DNA from: Thermosulfurimonas dismutans
GTDB taxonomy: Bacteria > Desulfobacterota > Thermodesulfobacteria > Thermodesulfobacteriales > Thermodesulfobacteriaceae
Direction of reading: 5' to 3'
Assembly: GCF_001652585.1 (NCBI RefSeq)
Contig: NZ_LWLG01000010.1
Location: forward strand, 30,001 to 62,000
DNA length: 32,000 nt
Of the stretch, positions 16,453 to 27,091 are shown piece after piece (the stretch's first letter is position 1; each line of letters starts with the position of its first letter). The notes beneath the pieces were generated by a model. It had not been told where the DNA came from. It saw only the letters and a list, made by a program, of their open reading frames with translations, and did not search any database. The position numbers and the translations under genes are program-made.

Positions 16453-17958
16453 ATGGCCGAAAGCAAGCCCTTTGGGCTTGATCATGATCAGAAAGTAGCG
16501 ACTACAGCCAAAAGTTCGATGCTGGTGGTGGCTGGCCCTGGGGCCGGCAAAACCCGCGTTCTTATCGCCAGGGCCGCCCATCTCCTGGAAAACGGTATCC
16601 CGCCAGATCGTATCCTCCTTCTCACCTTCACGGTCAGAACCCGTCGGGAACTCAAGGAACGACTTACAGAAGCTGGCCTCGGGGAAATCCGAGTTGAGAC
16701 CTTCCACGCCCTGGCCTACGATCTCCTCTACGAGGCTACTGGGAAGCCTCCTCGCATTGCAGATGAGGAAGAGCTTGAAGAAATTGTCAAGCCGGTATTG
16801 CGCAGGGCTGGTCTGAAACTCTCCCCACGCAAGGGGCTCGAAAAACTCTACTACGGTGGAGAGGCCTTTTCGGACGCAAGAAGCGAATACCTGCGCTATC
16901 TATCTGCCCGAAATCTTTACGACTACAATCGTCTTCTTATTGAGGCTGGGAAATTGGTCCGGAAAGATTTCTCAGGATATCACCTACTCATTGATGAATT
17001 TCAGGATCTATCCCCGGAAATACTTTCCTTTCTCAGTATCTTCCGGGGAGCTGAGTTTTTCCTGGTGGGCGATCCGGCCCAGGCCATCTATAGTTTCCGA
17101 GGGGCTCGGCCCGAAAAACTCAGAAATTTCCTTACGGAAAACCTTCCGGAACTAAAAATCCATGTTCTCCGGCACAGTTACAGGGTACCGGAAGGCATCC
17201 TACGGATGGCCGAAGGCCTGAGGTTTGACCCCTTCAACCTGGGACTCTCCCTTACTGCCACCAGGCCCGGTGGAGAGATCCTTGGCTGGCGTTATCCCTC
17301 GGTCAGGGCTGAGGCCATCGGTGTGGCCAAAATGGTAGCCGAACTCTTGGGTGGCACGAGGATGGAAACCGCAGGTTACACGGATCTTTGCCCTGGAGAC
17401 ATCATGGTCCTTGCTCGCCTCCGGACTGTACTTGCCCCTCTAAAAGAAACCTTCCTCAAAGAGGGCCTTCCCCTTTCCGAACCCGAGGAGGAAGCCGAGA
17501 GGCGGGCCGCACTCGTAAGGGAACTCGCAAAGTATGCGGACGATCCGGAAGGATTCAGGGAGAAACTTTCGAGGCTCCCCGCGGACCTTAAAGAGGGAAT
17601 CAGCGATATTCTGGCCGGAGATCTAGAGAAAGAGAGACTCGTGGCGAGGCTCAAGCTTATCTCCATGGCCGACTTCCTGCGTCCTTCAACCACAGGAGTA
17701 AACCTTCTCACCATCCACGGAGCCAAGGGGCTTGAGGCCCGGGTGGTCATCCTAGTGGGGGCGGAAAAGGGACTTCTCCCTCTGAAGGTGCTTCCGGATA
17801 GTGATCCTGCCGAGGAAAAACGCCTCCTTTACGTGGCCCTGACGAGAGCCCGCGAGAAATTCATCTTTACCACCGCCCCGGGTCGAAGACTCTTCGGAAA
17901 AAAACTCTCCGGGGAGGTCTCTCCCTGGCTCAGGAAGATTCCCCAGCGGGAGGAAAAG
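16453..17958 (+). CDS. Short UvrD/PcrA-like superfamily 1 helicase module. No stop codon: the frame continues into the next CDS (composite ORF to 19260)
   Basis: Carries [41 protein letters not shown] and [15 protein letters not shown] 16453 ([13 protein letters not shown]) is preferred because the earlier ATG at 16384 would overlap the ttcA 5' end. The end coordinate given is only the last base before the internal start. Confidence 0.72.
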
Positions 17959-19260
17959 ATGCCCTCACGCCGTCCGAAACAAGTGGGCCTTTTCGGTATT
18001 ATCCTATTCTTCCTTCTCATCTGGACTTCGCCGATCCACGGAATGAACCTGATGGAAGCTGTTCACCAGTGGGAAAACGTCCTCCGACAAAAACACCCCG
18101 CCCTCAAAGCCCTACGGGCCCGAATTGAGGCCCAAGAACAGAGGATTGAGCCCGCCGGGGCCCTACCAGATCCCCGTCTGAGTTTCATTGTGCGCAATGT
18201 TGGAGACCCTGTTCCGGCAAATACCCTGGGGGAAGAGGCCATGAGTCTTACCGGGGTGAGGCTCGAACAGGGACTTCCATGGCGGGGCAAAAGACCCACC
18301 CGCAAAAAACTTGCCACTCTAAGAACCGAAGAACTCCGTATCCGCTATGAGGACCTCTTCTGGCGCCTCCGGGGGGAAATGCTGAAAGGTGCTCTCGAAC
18401 TGGCTTACCTTGAAGGGGAAACCCGAATACTGAAGGATATCTTCAACCTCCTTCAGACCTTTGAAGAGGTGGCTCTTACACGGTATGAGTCTGGAGCAGG
18501 CCTTCAGGCCGATATTCTCCGCGTCCGCACGGAGAAGAGTTTTATCCGCAAACAGCTCCTCCGCAACGAGGAGAGACGCAAAAGCCTTTCGTGGCTCCTC
18601 TGTCGCAAGTACCTGGTGACGGGCTGCGACCATCCCGTACAAATTGAGTTTCCCGAAGAACTACCCCCGCTACCCCCTGAGGAAAGACTCCATCCCCTGC
18701 TCGAGGACTCCCCACGCGTGCGAATATTCCGCATCCGGGTACGCGAGAGGAGCCTTTCGGCCAGACTGGCCGAACTTGAACGCTATCCGGACTTCAGGAT
18801 CTTTGCAGGCTGGTACTCCCGGGGAAACCTCCCCGAGATCTATGAACTCGGGATAGGGTTAGATATTCCCCTCTTCATCAGTCGCAAGCAGGGCCCCCTC
18901 CTAGAGGCCGCTCGTAACGAGGTCTCGGCAGCCGAGGAAAACCTCGAGGACATAAAAAACGATCTCTCCTTCAGGCTGGAAAACCTCCTCATCAAAGCCC
19001 GCACCGAGAAGGAACTTGTAAACCTCTACCGGAGGGAAATCCTCCCCCAGGCGGAAGCCGATCTTGAGTCCGCAAGGTATTATTACGAGAATGGAAAGCT
19101 GGACTTTCTCAATCTCATCGAACGCGTAAGACATCTCCTCACCTACCGTAGGGAACTCCTGAGACATCGTACGGACTATCTTTCGGCCATTTTTGAAATT
19201 GAAAGCCTCCTCGGAAGGGCCCTTCTTTTCACGGAATCTTCAGACGGAGGTCGTCCATGA
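17959..19260 (+). CDS. cusC: Outer-membrane efflux factor of the CusC/CzcC/TolC family (non-lipoprotein signal peptide)
   Basis: GGGAGG (17948-17953) lies 5 nt before ATG 17959. The signal peptide is [28 protein letters not shown]. The internally duplicated helical/beta pattern is typical of OM factors. The stop overlaps the cusB start (ATGA). Confidence 0.8.
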   Translation: MPSRRPKQVGLFGIILFFLLIWTSPIHGMNLMEAVHQWENVLRQKHPALKALRARIEAQEQRIEPAGALPDPRLSFIVRNVGDPVPANTLGEEAMSLTGVRLEQGLPWRGKRPTRKKLATLRTEELRIRYEDLFWRLRGEMLKGALELAYLEGETRILKDIFNLLQTFEEVALTRYESGAGLQADILRVRTEKSFIRKQLLRNEERRKSLSWLLCRKYLVTGCDHPVQIEFPEELPPLPPEERLHPLLEDSPRVRIFRIRVRERSLSARLAELERYPDFRIFAGWYSRGNLPEIYELGIGLDIPLFISRKQGPLLEAARNEVSAAEENLEDIKNDLSFRLENLLIKARTEKELVNLYRREILPQAEADLESARYYYENGKLDFLNLIERVRHLLTYRRELLRHRTDYLSAIFEIESLLGRALLFTESSDGGRP

Positions 19261-20525
19261 AAAGGTTTATTGGATTGATCCTGGCGGGGACGATCCTCCT
19301 CGTCTCGCCCGCAACACTAGCAAAAAGTAAGATCTACATCTGTCCAATGCACCCCTCGTATCGTGCGGAAAAACCGGGGAAGTGTCCCATATGCGGAATG
19401 GATCTCGTACCTCTGAAGACTGAAGAACCCCTAAAAACACCTCCCCCGGCTCACGAGAAAAAAAACCATCTAACCCCTAAAAAATCTGCTCTTCCGCTGG
19501 CCCCGGTCAAACTCTCTCCGGAAAGAGCGCAGCTCATAGGAGTAAAACTCGCCAGAGTGACCCATGAAAAGGTGGTCATCTCCCTGAGGGCTCCGGCCCG
19601 GGTGAAATATGACGAGACCCGCCTCTTTACGGTTCATACCCGAGTGGCCGGCTGGGTGGAGGAGGTCCGGGCGGATTACACCGGAAAATTCGTAAAACGT
19701 GGAGAGGTCCTCTTCACCCTCTACGCCCCGGAGGTTCTTTCTACCCAGGAAGAACTCATCCGCGGGCTCAGGTGGCTCAAAAAGCTCCAGGAAATGAAGG
19801 CCTCCCCAAAACTCATATCCGAGGCCGAAAACCTCATCCAGAGCGCCCGTAGACGACTGGCGCTCTGGAATTTCCCGGAGGAAGCTCTAAGAGAGGTGGA
19901 GCACACCCTAAAGCCCCTAAAGGCCTTTCCGGTTGTCTCACCGGTTTCGGGCTGGGTGGTGGCCAAACAGGTCTTCCCTGGAAAGAGAATTGCCCCGGAA
20001 ACTCCGCTTTATACCTTGGCGGACGTCTCTAAAGTCTTCATTGAGGCCGATTTCTACGAAACCGAGCTTCCGGAGATCCGGCCCGGGCTTAAGGTGGAGG
20101 TGGTGTTCCCCTATCTCAACCGCACCTTCCGGGGAAAGATAGAAGAGGTCTATCCCTATATGGAAGCGAAACTCCGGGTCCTGAGAGCCAGGCTCACACT
20201 CGATAACCCGGAGGGTCTCCTCCGGCCCGGAATGTGGGCCGAGGTGCGGACAGAGATCCCCTTAGGCATGCGGATGGTCATCCCGGACGAGGCCCTTATC
20301 TACGGAGGCGGACATTACTATGTGTTCATAAAGAAGGGAGACGGGCTCTTTGAACCCCGCATGGTCAGGGTCGGCAGAAAGGTGGGGGACAAGAGAATAG
20401 TCCTTTCGGGAGTTTCTCACGGCGAGGAGGTGGTGGTCTCGGCCAACTTCCTGATAGATGCCGAATCCAGACTAAAGGCTGCCCTTTCGGCCTTCGGAGG
20501 AGGCCATGATCACGCGCATCATTGA
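19257..20525 (+). CDS. cusB: RND efflux periplasmic adaptor, CusB-like, with an N-terminal Cys-motif metal-binding domain
   Basis: Signal sequence, then [26 protein letters not shown], then barrel-sandwich/beta-barrel adaptor sequence. The C-terminus is GGGHDHAHH. Confidence 0.85.
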   Translation: MKRFIGLILAGTILLVSPATLAKSKIYICPMHPSYRAEKPGKCPICGMDLVPLKTEEPLKTPPPAHEKKNHLTPKKSALPLAPVKLSPERAQLIGVKLARVTHEKVVISLRAPARVKYDETRLFTVHTRVAGWVEEVRADYTGKFVKRGEVLFTLYAPEVLSTQEELIRGLRWLKKLQEMKASPKLISEAENLIQSARRRLALWNFPEEALREVEHTLKPLKAFPVVSPVSGWVVAKQVFPGKRIAPETPLYTLADVSKVFIEADFYETELPEIRPGLKVEVVFPYLNRTFRGKIEEVYPYMEAKLRVLRARLTLDNPEGLLRPGMWAEVRTEIPLGMRMVIPDEALIYGGGHYYVFIKKGDGLFEPRMVRVGRKVGDKRIVLSGVSHGEEVVVSANFLIDAESRLKAALSAFGGGHDHAHH

Positions 20526-23500
20526 AACCTCAGCCAGAAACCCCTTGATGGTATGCCTTGTGGTCCTGATGATGGTGGTCTTCTCCTGGTACGCCATCCA
20601 TAGGGTGCCCCTTGACGCCATCCCGGATCTTTCGGACATCCAGGTTATCGTGGTGGCGGAATGGCCCGGTCAGAGCCCGGACCTCATGGAGGATCAGGTA
20701 ACCTATCCCCTGGTCTCGGCCCTGGTCTCGGTTCCCAGAGTTAAGACCGTGCGAGGCTATTCCTACTTCGGACAGGCCTTCATCTACGTACTCTTTCAGG
20801 ATGGAACCGACCTCTACTGGGCACGAAGCCGTATTCTGGAATATCTCCAGCAGATAAAGGACCGTCTGCCGCAGGGGGTACGGGTGAGCCTCGGTCCGGA
20901 TGCTACCGGGGTGGGCTGGGTCTTTCAGTACGCCCTGGTGGATACCACCGGAAAACACGATCTTGCGGAGCTACGATCCTTTCAGGATTTCTACCTCAAG
21001 TACTGGCTTGAGGGCGTCCCCGGGGTGGCGGAAGTGGCCAGCGTGGGAGGATTTGTACGCCAATACCAGGTCCTTCTTGATCCGGTAAAACTTTATGCCT
21101 ACGGGCTCTCGGTCTCGGAGGTCATAAAGGCCATCCGGAAAAGCAATCGCGAGGTGGGGGGACGGGTACTCGAGTTTGCGGGCAAGGAATTTTTCGTAAG
21201 GGGAAGGGGCTACCTCAAAGGACTGAGAGACCTTGAGCGGATAGTGATAAAGGTGGACCCCGAAACCGGAACCCCGGTGCTCTTAAAGGACATCGCGGAG
21301 GTCCGTCTCGGGGCGGAGCTCAGGCGCGGGGCCGCAGAATTAAACGGCCAAGGCGAAGTGGTGGGCGGGATCGTGGTCATGCGTTATGGGGAAAACGCCT
21401 TAAACGTGATCCGGCGGGTGAAGGAACGCCTCCGAGAGATCGAACCCGCCCTTCCAGAGGGGGTCAAAATCGTCATCACCTACGACCGCTCAGGACTCAT
21501 CAAACGGGCCATCGGCACCCTGAAGAAGACGCTGGTTGAGGAAATGGTGGTGGTCTCTCTGGTGATCTTCCTCTTCCTGTTGCATCCCCCCTCGGCGCTG
21601 GTGGCGGTGATCGTCCTTCCGGTGGCCGTAGCTTTTTCGTTTATACCCATGGAAAAACTCCGGATAACGGCCAACATCATGTCGCTCGGAGGCATAGCCA
21701 TCGCCATCGGGGCCATGGTGGATGCAGTGATCGTGCTCGTAGAAAACGCCCACAAACACCTGGAGCGCGAGACAGGCCCCCGCCGGGAGGTCATCCTCCG
21801 GGCGGCGAAAGAGGTGGGGCCTCCCATCTTCTTCTCCCTCCTAGTGATCACCATCTCCTTTCTTCCGGTCTTTGCCCTCGAGGCCCAAGAGGGGAAGCTC
21901 TTCAAGCCCCTGGCCTACACCAAGACCTTCTCCATGTTCTTCGCCTCCCTCCTTTCCATCACTCTGGCCCCGGCCCTCATGAGCTGGTTCGTGCGGCGGG
22001 CCTTGCCGGAGGGGAAGAACCCGTTCTCGCGCCTCCTCATCGCCCTCTACCGGCCGGTCCTAAGAAGGGCCCTAAAGTGGAAGTGGGCCGTAATTGGACT
22101 CTCGGTGGCGGCCCTTGCTGTCACCATCCCGGCGTGGCAACGCCTGGGCTCGGAGTTCATGCCGCCCCTCAATGAGGGAGACATCCTCTATATGCCGACC
22201 ACCCTGCCAGGTATCTCCATTACCGAGGCCGTAAGGGTCCTCCAGATTCAGGATCGGTTACTCAAAAGTTTTCCCGAAGTGGAAACCGTCTTCGGCAAGG
22301 TGGGTCGGGCGGAGACCGCCACCGACCCGGCGCCCCTTTCCATGGTGGAGACCACGGTGCGGCTCAAGCCCCGGGATCAGTGGCGGCCGGGCATGACCTG
22401 GGAAAAACTCATCGAGGAGATGGATCGCACCCTTCAGATCCCGGGCTGGACCAACGCCTGGACCATGCCCATCAAGACCCGCATTGACATGCTCACCACC
22501 GGCGTAAGGACCCCCATCGGGATCAAGATCTACGGAAAGGATCTCACCACCATTCAAAAAATCGGCGAAGAACTGGAAAGGGTTCTTAAGGAAATCCCCG
22601 GCACCCGAAGCGTTTATGCCGAAAGGACAAGCGGGGGCTACTACGTGGATATTGTCCCGGATCGGACGGCCTGTGCCCGTTACGGCCTTACGGTGGGTGA
22701 CGTTTTGGAGGTAATACGAACCGCGGTGGGAGGTATGGTCATAGACTACACCGTGGAGGGCCGGGAGAGGTATCCCGTTCAGGTGCGCTATGCCCGAGAA
22801 TTCCGCGACGATCTGGAGGATCTGAAAGGAATACTGGTCAAAACCCCCTCTGGAGCCCAGGTACCTCTAGGGGAACTTGCGGAAATCAGGATGCTTGACG
22901 GCCCTCCCATGATCAAGGACGAAAACGGCTTTCGAGTAGGCTACGTGTATGTAGATGTGGCTGGACGGGATATCGGAGGCTACGTGGCCGAAGCCAAACG
23001 GCTGGTAAGGGAAAAGATCAAGCTACCACCGGGCTATTTCCTGGAGTGGAGCGGTCAGTACCAGTTCATGGAAAGGGTGAAGCGCAAACTGAGACTTCTC
23101 ATACCTATTACGCTCTTTCTGATCTTCTTTTTGCTATACCTCCATTTCCGAAATCTCATAGAGGTCGTTCTCATCATGCTCTCCATCCCCTTTGCCCTGG
23201 TGGGCTCGGTCTGGATCCTTTATTTCCTCAAATACAATCTCTCGGTGGCCGTAGGAGTGGGCATGATCGCCCTTGCGGGGGTGGCGGCCGAGACCGGGGT
23301 GGTCATGCTGGTCTATTTAGACTCCACCTACCGCAAAAGGCTTGAGGCCGGGGGCGTGCGGGACAGAAGGGTGCTCCGTGAGGCCGTAGTAGAAGGGGCG
23401 GTCATGCGTCTTAGGCCCAAGGTCATGACCGTACTGACCACCATCGTGGGGCTCCTACCCCTTCTCTGGTCCCAGGGCACGGGGGCGGATGTCATGAGGC

Positions 23501-23604
23501 GGATCGCGGCCCCCATGATCGGCGGCCTCATCACTTCCACCCTAGTCACTCTCCTTCTCATTCCGGTCCTTTACGAGTGGTGGCGGAGTAGAAAAATAGC
23601 TTGA
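20506..23604 (+). CDS. cusA: Heavy-metal RND efflux pump, CusA type (Cu(I)/Ag(I))
   Basis: Collinear with my memory of E. coli CusA. TM4 reads SLGGIAIAIGAMVDAVIVLVENAHKHL. The three-Met site contexts are conserved (ILYMPTTLPG, APLSMVETT, RIDMLTTG). Confidence 0.92.
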   Translation: MITRIIETSARNPLMVCLVVLMMVVFSWYAIHRVPLDAIPDLSDIQVIVVAEWPGQSPDLMEDQVTYPLVSALVSVPRVKTVRGYSYFGQAFIYVLFQDGTDLYWARSRILEYLQQIKDRLPQGVRVSLGPDATGVGWVFQYALVDTTGKHDLAELRSFQDFYLKYWLEGVPGVAEVASVGGFVRQYQVLLDPVKLYAYGLSVSEVIKAIRKSNREVGGRVLEFAGKEFFVRGRGYLKGLRDLERIVIKVDPETGTPVLLKDIAEVRLGAELRRGAAELNGQGEVVGGIVVMRYGENALNVIRRVKERLREIEPALPEGVKIVITYDRSGLIKRAIGTLKKTLVEEMVVVSLVIFLFLLHPPSALVAVIVLPVAVAFSFIPMEKLRITANIMSLGGIAIAIGAMVDAVIVLVENAHKHLERETGPRREVILRAAKEVGPPIFFSLLVITISFLPVFALEAQEGKLFKPLAYTKTFSMFFASLLSITLAPALMSWFVRRALPEGKNPFSRLLIALYRPVLRRALKWKWAVIGLSVAALAVTIPAWQRLGSEFMPPLNEGDILYMPTTLPGISITEAVRVLQIQDRLLKSFPEVETVFGKVGRAETATDPAPLSMVETTVRLKPRDQWRPGMTWEKLIEEMDRTLQIPGWTNAWTMPIKTRIDMLTTGVRTPIGIKIYGKDLTTIQKIGEELERVLKEIPGTRSVYAERTSGGYYVDIVPDRTACARYGLTVGDVLEVIRTAVGGMVIDYTVEGRERYPVQVRYAREFRDDLEDLKGILVKTPSGAQVPLGELAEIRMLDGPPMIKDENGFRVGYVYVDVAGRDIGGYVAEAKRLVREKIKLPPGYFLEWSGQYQFMERVKRKLRLLIPITLFLIFFLLYLHFRNLIEVVLIMLSIPFALVGSVWILYFLKYNLSVAVGVGMIALAGVAAETGVVMLVYLDSTYRKRLEAGGVRDRRVLREAVVEGAVMRLRPKVMTVLTTIVGLLPLLWSQGTGADVMRRIAAPMIGGLITSTLVTLLLIPVLYEWWRSRKIA

Positions 23605-23662
23605 AGATTTGCGAATAAGGCAATATGGTTTCAAGACACATCCCCGCGGAAGGAGGTTAGCG

Positions 23663-25153
23663 GTGAAAGAGGAAAGCGCAGTCTTGGAGGCTCGGCGCAA
23701 AAAGGCCGAAGAATTTGAAAAACTAGGCCATCCCCTTTTCCCAAACGATTTCAGGCCCACGGATCGGGCCGGAGTGCTCCAGGATCTTTTCAAGGATTAC
23801 GACAACGAAACTCTGGAAAAACTAGGAAAGACCTTTCGCCTGGCCGGCCGCATGATGGCCCGCCGGGATTTCGGCAAGGCGGTCTTCATCCATATCCAGG
23901 ATGAGACCGGCCGCATCCAGGTCTTCGTCAAACGGGATGAAGTGGGCGAGGAACAGTTCAAACTCTTCAAAAAGTACTTTGACATAGGGGACATCATCGG
24001 GGTGGAAGGCCCCCTCTTTCGCACCAAGACCGGGGAGCTCACGGTGCTGGCCAAGGAAATCCGCTTGGTCACCAAGGCCTTCCGGCCCCTTCCCGAAAAG
24101 TTTCACGGCCTGCGGGATACCGAACTACGCTACCGCATGCGCTATGTAGATCTCATTATGAACCCCCGGGTGAGGGAGATCTTCCGCACCCGAACCCGCA
24201 TCGTTCAATACTTACGGGATTATTTTATCTCCAACGGATTTCTAGAAGTAGAAACCCCTATGATGCAACCTATACCCGGCGGAGCCACTGCGAGACCTTT
24301 TAAGACCTTCCATCACGCCCTAGAAAGGGAGCTCTATTTAAGGATCGCCCCAGAACTTTATCTCAAGAGGCTCCTCGTGGGCGGCTTCGAGCGGGTCTTT
24401 GAACTGAATCGCAACTTCCGGAACGAAGGAGTTTCCACCCAGCACAACCCGGAGTTCACCATGCTCGAGTTTTACGAGGCCTACGCCACCTACGAGGACC
24501 TCATGCGCCGGACGGAGGAGATCTTCGTAGGCCTAGCCCAAGAACTAACCGGAGAAAACCGGATCACCTACCAGGGCGAAACCATAGACTTCACTCCACC
24601 CTGGCCCCGGATTCCTTTCAAGAAGGCCTTGCTGGAGATCGGAGGGGTACCGGAGGAAGTTCTAGAATCTAAAGAGAAAATTCTCGAATTTGCCAAACAA
24701 AGAGACATCAAAGTGGATCCCCGGGAGCCGGTGCTTCAGAAGCTCTGGGCCAAGCTCTTTGACGCCCTGGTGGAACCCAAGCTCATCCAGCCCACCTTCA
24801 TCACCGAATTCCCGGTGGAGATCTCCCCGCTGGCTCGGAGGAACGACAAAGATCCTTCCATCACCGACCGGTTTGAACTCTTCATCGCTGGTCGGGAGAT
24901 CGCCAACGCCTTCTCGGAGCTGAACGACCCCCGGGACCAGAGGGTCCGTTTTGAGGAGCAGATCCGGAAACGCCTTGAGGACGATCCTGAGATCCATCCG
25001 GAGATGGACGAGGACTTTATCCGGGCCTTGGAATACGGTATGCCCCCTACCGCTGGGGAAGGAATTGGTATCGACCGGGTGGTCATGCTCTTTACGGATT
25101 CGCCCTCTATCCGGGAAGTCATCCTTTTCCCACATCTAAGGCCGGAGGCTTGA
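23663..25153 (+). CDS. lysS: Lysine--tRNA ligase, class II
   Basis: FRNEG, EFTMLEFY and GEGIGIDRVVML are the class II motifs. GTG 23663 is preceded by GGAAGGAGG with a 6-nt spacer. The ORF-track TTG at 23609 is rejected. Confidence 0.92.
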   Translation: MKEESAVLEARRKKAEEFEKLGHPLFPNDFRPTDRAGVLQDLFKDYDNETLEKLGKTFRLAGRMMARRDFGKAVFIHIQDETGRIQVFVKRDEVGEEQFKLFKKYFDIGDIIGVEGPLFRTKTGELTVLAKEIRLVTKAFRPLPEKFHGLRDTELRYRMRYVDLIMNPRVREIFRTRTRIVQYLRDYFISNGFLEVETPMMQPIPGGATARPFKTFHHALERELYLRIAPELYLKRLLVGGFERVFELNRNFRNEGVSTQHNPEFTMLEFYEAYATYEDLMRRTEEIFVGLAQELTGENRITYQGETIDFTPPWPRIPFKKALLEIGGVPEEVLESKEKILEFAKQRDIKVDPREPVLQKLWAKLFDALVEPKLIQPTFITEFPVEISPLARRNDKDPSITDRFELFIAGREIANAFSELNDPRDQRVRFEEQIRKRLEDDPEIHPEMDEDFIRALEYGMPPTAGEGIGIDRVVMLFTDSPSIREVILFPHLRPEA

Positions 25154-26385
25154 TGGGGCTTGCCTTCGAGTGGTTCATTTCTCGACGCTACGTCTTCTCC
25201 CGGAAGAGGGAGCGGCTCACCGGGGTGATCGCCAACATCTCCGTGCTCGCCATCGCCATCGGGGTGGCCGCCCTCATAGTAGTGATCGCAGTCATGACCG
25301 GTTTCCAGCAAATCCTGAAGGAAAAAATCCTTTCGGTGAATCCCCATGTGGTGGTGGAAAAGGTTCAGGGGCCTTTTGTAGAATACGAGGGGCTTGAGCA
25401 GAAAATTAGGACTTTCTTTGAAGAAAACGATTTCCCCCTTGAAAGCCTCTATCCCTTCGTTTCTCTTCAAGGGCTTCTGCTTTCGGGCCAAGGTGAAGCC
25501 GGGGTGATCCTCAAGGGTCTTCCCTTCAGCAAGGCTAAAGAACTCAAAACGTTGAGGCTCATCTCGGGGAACTTCACCGCTTCCTCCCAAAGCCCCTATC
25601 CCATACTCCTGGGGAAAAGGCTTGCCGAAAGACTCGGAGTTACAGTCGGAGATCGGGTGAGATTCCTCTACCCTCGCGGACGCATGACTCCCATCGGATT
25701 ACTTCCCCGGTTCGTCCCCTTTGAGGTGGCCGGCATCTTTGAAACCGGCCTTTATGACTATGACCTTTCCCTGGCGCTGGTTCCCCTGTCGGTAGCCCAG
25801 AAAATAAGCGGCGAAGGGAAAAGGGTCACGGGCCTTGAAATCAAACTGGTGGACCCTTTCCTCTCCAGAGAGGTGGTCCAGAAGCTATCTCGGAGCCTGG
25901 GCTACACCTACTATGTAGTGGACTGGCAAACCCTCAACCGCAGCCTGTTTTCGGCCTTGAAGCTTGAGAAGACCGGCATGTTCGTAGTTCTCACGCTCAT
26001 CGTAGTAGTGGCGGCCTTCAACATCGTGGCCGCCCTAGTAATGTTAGTCTCCGAAAAACGCCCGGACATCGCCCTTCTCAAGGCCTTAGGGGCAACGGAG
26101 AAAAACATCCTCCGGATCTTTCTTTTTTCGGGCTTTCTTCTCGGTATCATGGGTACTGCGCTTGGCTTGATCCTTGGTCTATCGCTTTGCGCGGTCCTTT
26201 CCCGTTATCCTGTGATAAAACTTCCGGGCGACGTCTATCCCGTGGACTACCTCCCGGTAAGGGTGGAATTTTTGGACGTGGCCACCATTGTATTCTCGGC
26301 TTTGATCCTCAGTTTACTCGCCGCCATCTTTCCGGCTCGACAGGCGGCCAAACTTCCGCCGGCGGAGGTCCTGCGATATGGTTAA
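25153..26385 (+). CDS. lolE: Lipoprotein-releasing ABC transporter permease, LolC/LolE family
   Basis: FEWFISRRYVFSRKRERLTGVIANISVLAIAIGVAALIVV, a large periplasmic loop and a C-terminal FtsX-type 3-TM bundle. The ATG shares one base with the lysS stop (TGATG). Confidence 0.82.
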   Translation: MGLAFEWFISRRYVFSRKRERLTGVIANISVLAIAIGVAALIVVIAVMTGFQQILKEKILSVNPHVVVEKVQGPFVEYEGLEQKIRTFFEENDFPLESLYPFVSLQGLLLSGQGEAGVILKGLPFSKAKELKTLRLISGNFTASSQSPYPILLGKRLAERLGVTVGDRVRFLYPRGRMTPIGLLPRFVPFEVAGIFETGLYDYDLSLALVPLSVAQKISGEGKRVTGLEIKLVDPFLSREVVQKLSRSLGYTYYVVDWQTLNRSLFSALKLEKTGMFVVLTLIVVVAAFNIVAALVMLVSEKRPDIALLKALGATEKNILRIFLFSGFLLGIMGTALGLILGLSLCAVLSRYPVIKLPGDVYPVDYLPVRVEFLDVATIVFSALILSLLAAIFPARQAAKLPPAEVLRYG

Positions 26386-27091
26386 CCCCCCGGCTATCGA
26401 GGTCCGCGGCCTCCGCAAGGTCTTCCCTCATCCTGAGGGAGATCTTGAAATCCTTAAAGGTCTAGACCTTACGGTGGCTCCCGGAGAAAAGGTAGCCATC
26501 ATCGGCCCTTCTGGAGTAGGCAAGACTACTCTTCTACACATCCTAGGCGGACTTGAGGTCCCCACCGAGGGTCGGATCTACCACTTTGGAGAGGACATTT
26601 TTTCCCTCTCGGATGAGGCCCTCTCCCGTTTTCGAAACCAGCATATGGGTTTTGTCTTTCAGCTCCACTATCTTCTTCCAGAATTCAATACCCTGGAAAA
26701 CGTTATGCTTCCGGGGCTGCTCGCCGGTCTCCCACGGGAGGAAGCCCGCCAGCGGGCCGAAAACCTCCTCTCTCAGTTCGGGCTTTCAAAAAGGCTCTTT
26801 CATCGAGTAACGGAGCTTTCAGGGGGCGAGAAACAGCGAGCGGCGATTGCCCGGGCCCTGCTCCTCAATCCCCGGATAGTCTTTGCGGATGAGCCCACCG
26901 GGAATCTCGACGACCAAAATGCCGAGGAGATGACCGAAATCTTTTTGCATCTCAACCAAAAATATGCTACTACCCTAGTGGTAGTAACGCACAACCTACG
27001 TCTGGCCGCCAAAATGGATCGGATCTTAAAGCTTGAAGGGGGAAAGCTCAGGGAGGTCTCGCGTGAAAAACTCCTTACCCTTGAGAGTTAG
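26378..27091 (+). CDS. lolD: Lipoprotein-releasing system ATP-binding protein
   Basis: Walker A GPSGVGKTT, signature LSGGEKQR and Walker B IVFADEPTGNLD. Follows the Lol permease with an 8-nt overlap. Confidence 0.85.
   Translation: MVNPPAIEVRGLRKVFPHPEGDLEILKGLDLTVAPGEKVAIIGPSGVGKTTLLHILGGLEVPTEGRIYHFGEDIFSLSDEALSRFRNQHMGFVFQLHYLLPEFNTLENVMLPGLLAGLPREEARQRAENLLSQFGLSKRLFHRVTELSGGEKQRAAIARALLLNPRIVFADEPTGNLDDQNAEEMTEIFLHLNQKYATTLVVVTHNLRLAAKMDRILKLEGGKLREVSREKLLTLES

Noticed and set aside
24736-25590. A 284-aa ORF on the minus strand spanning the lysS 3' end and the lol permease 5' end.
   Set aside because: It is antisense to two well-supported genes and crosses their junction. The composition is skewed (G, H, P, S, E) and no motifs are present, so it is a shadow ORF.
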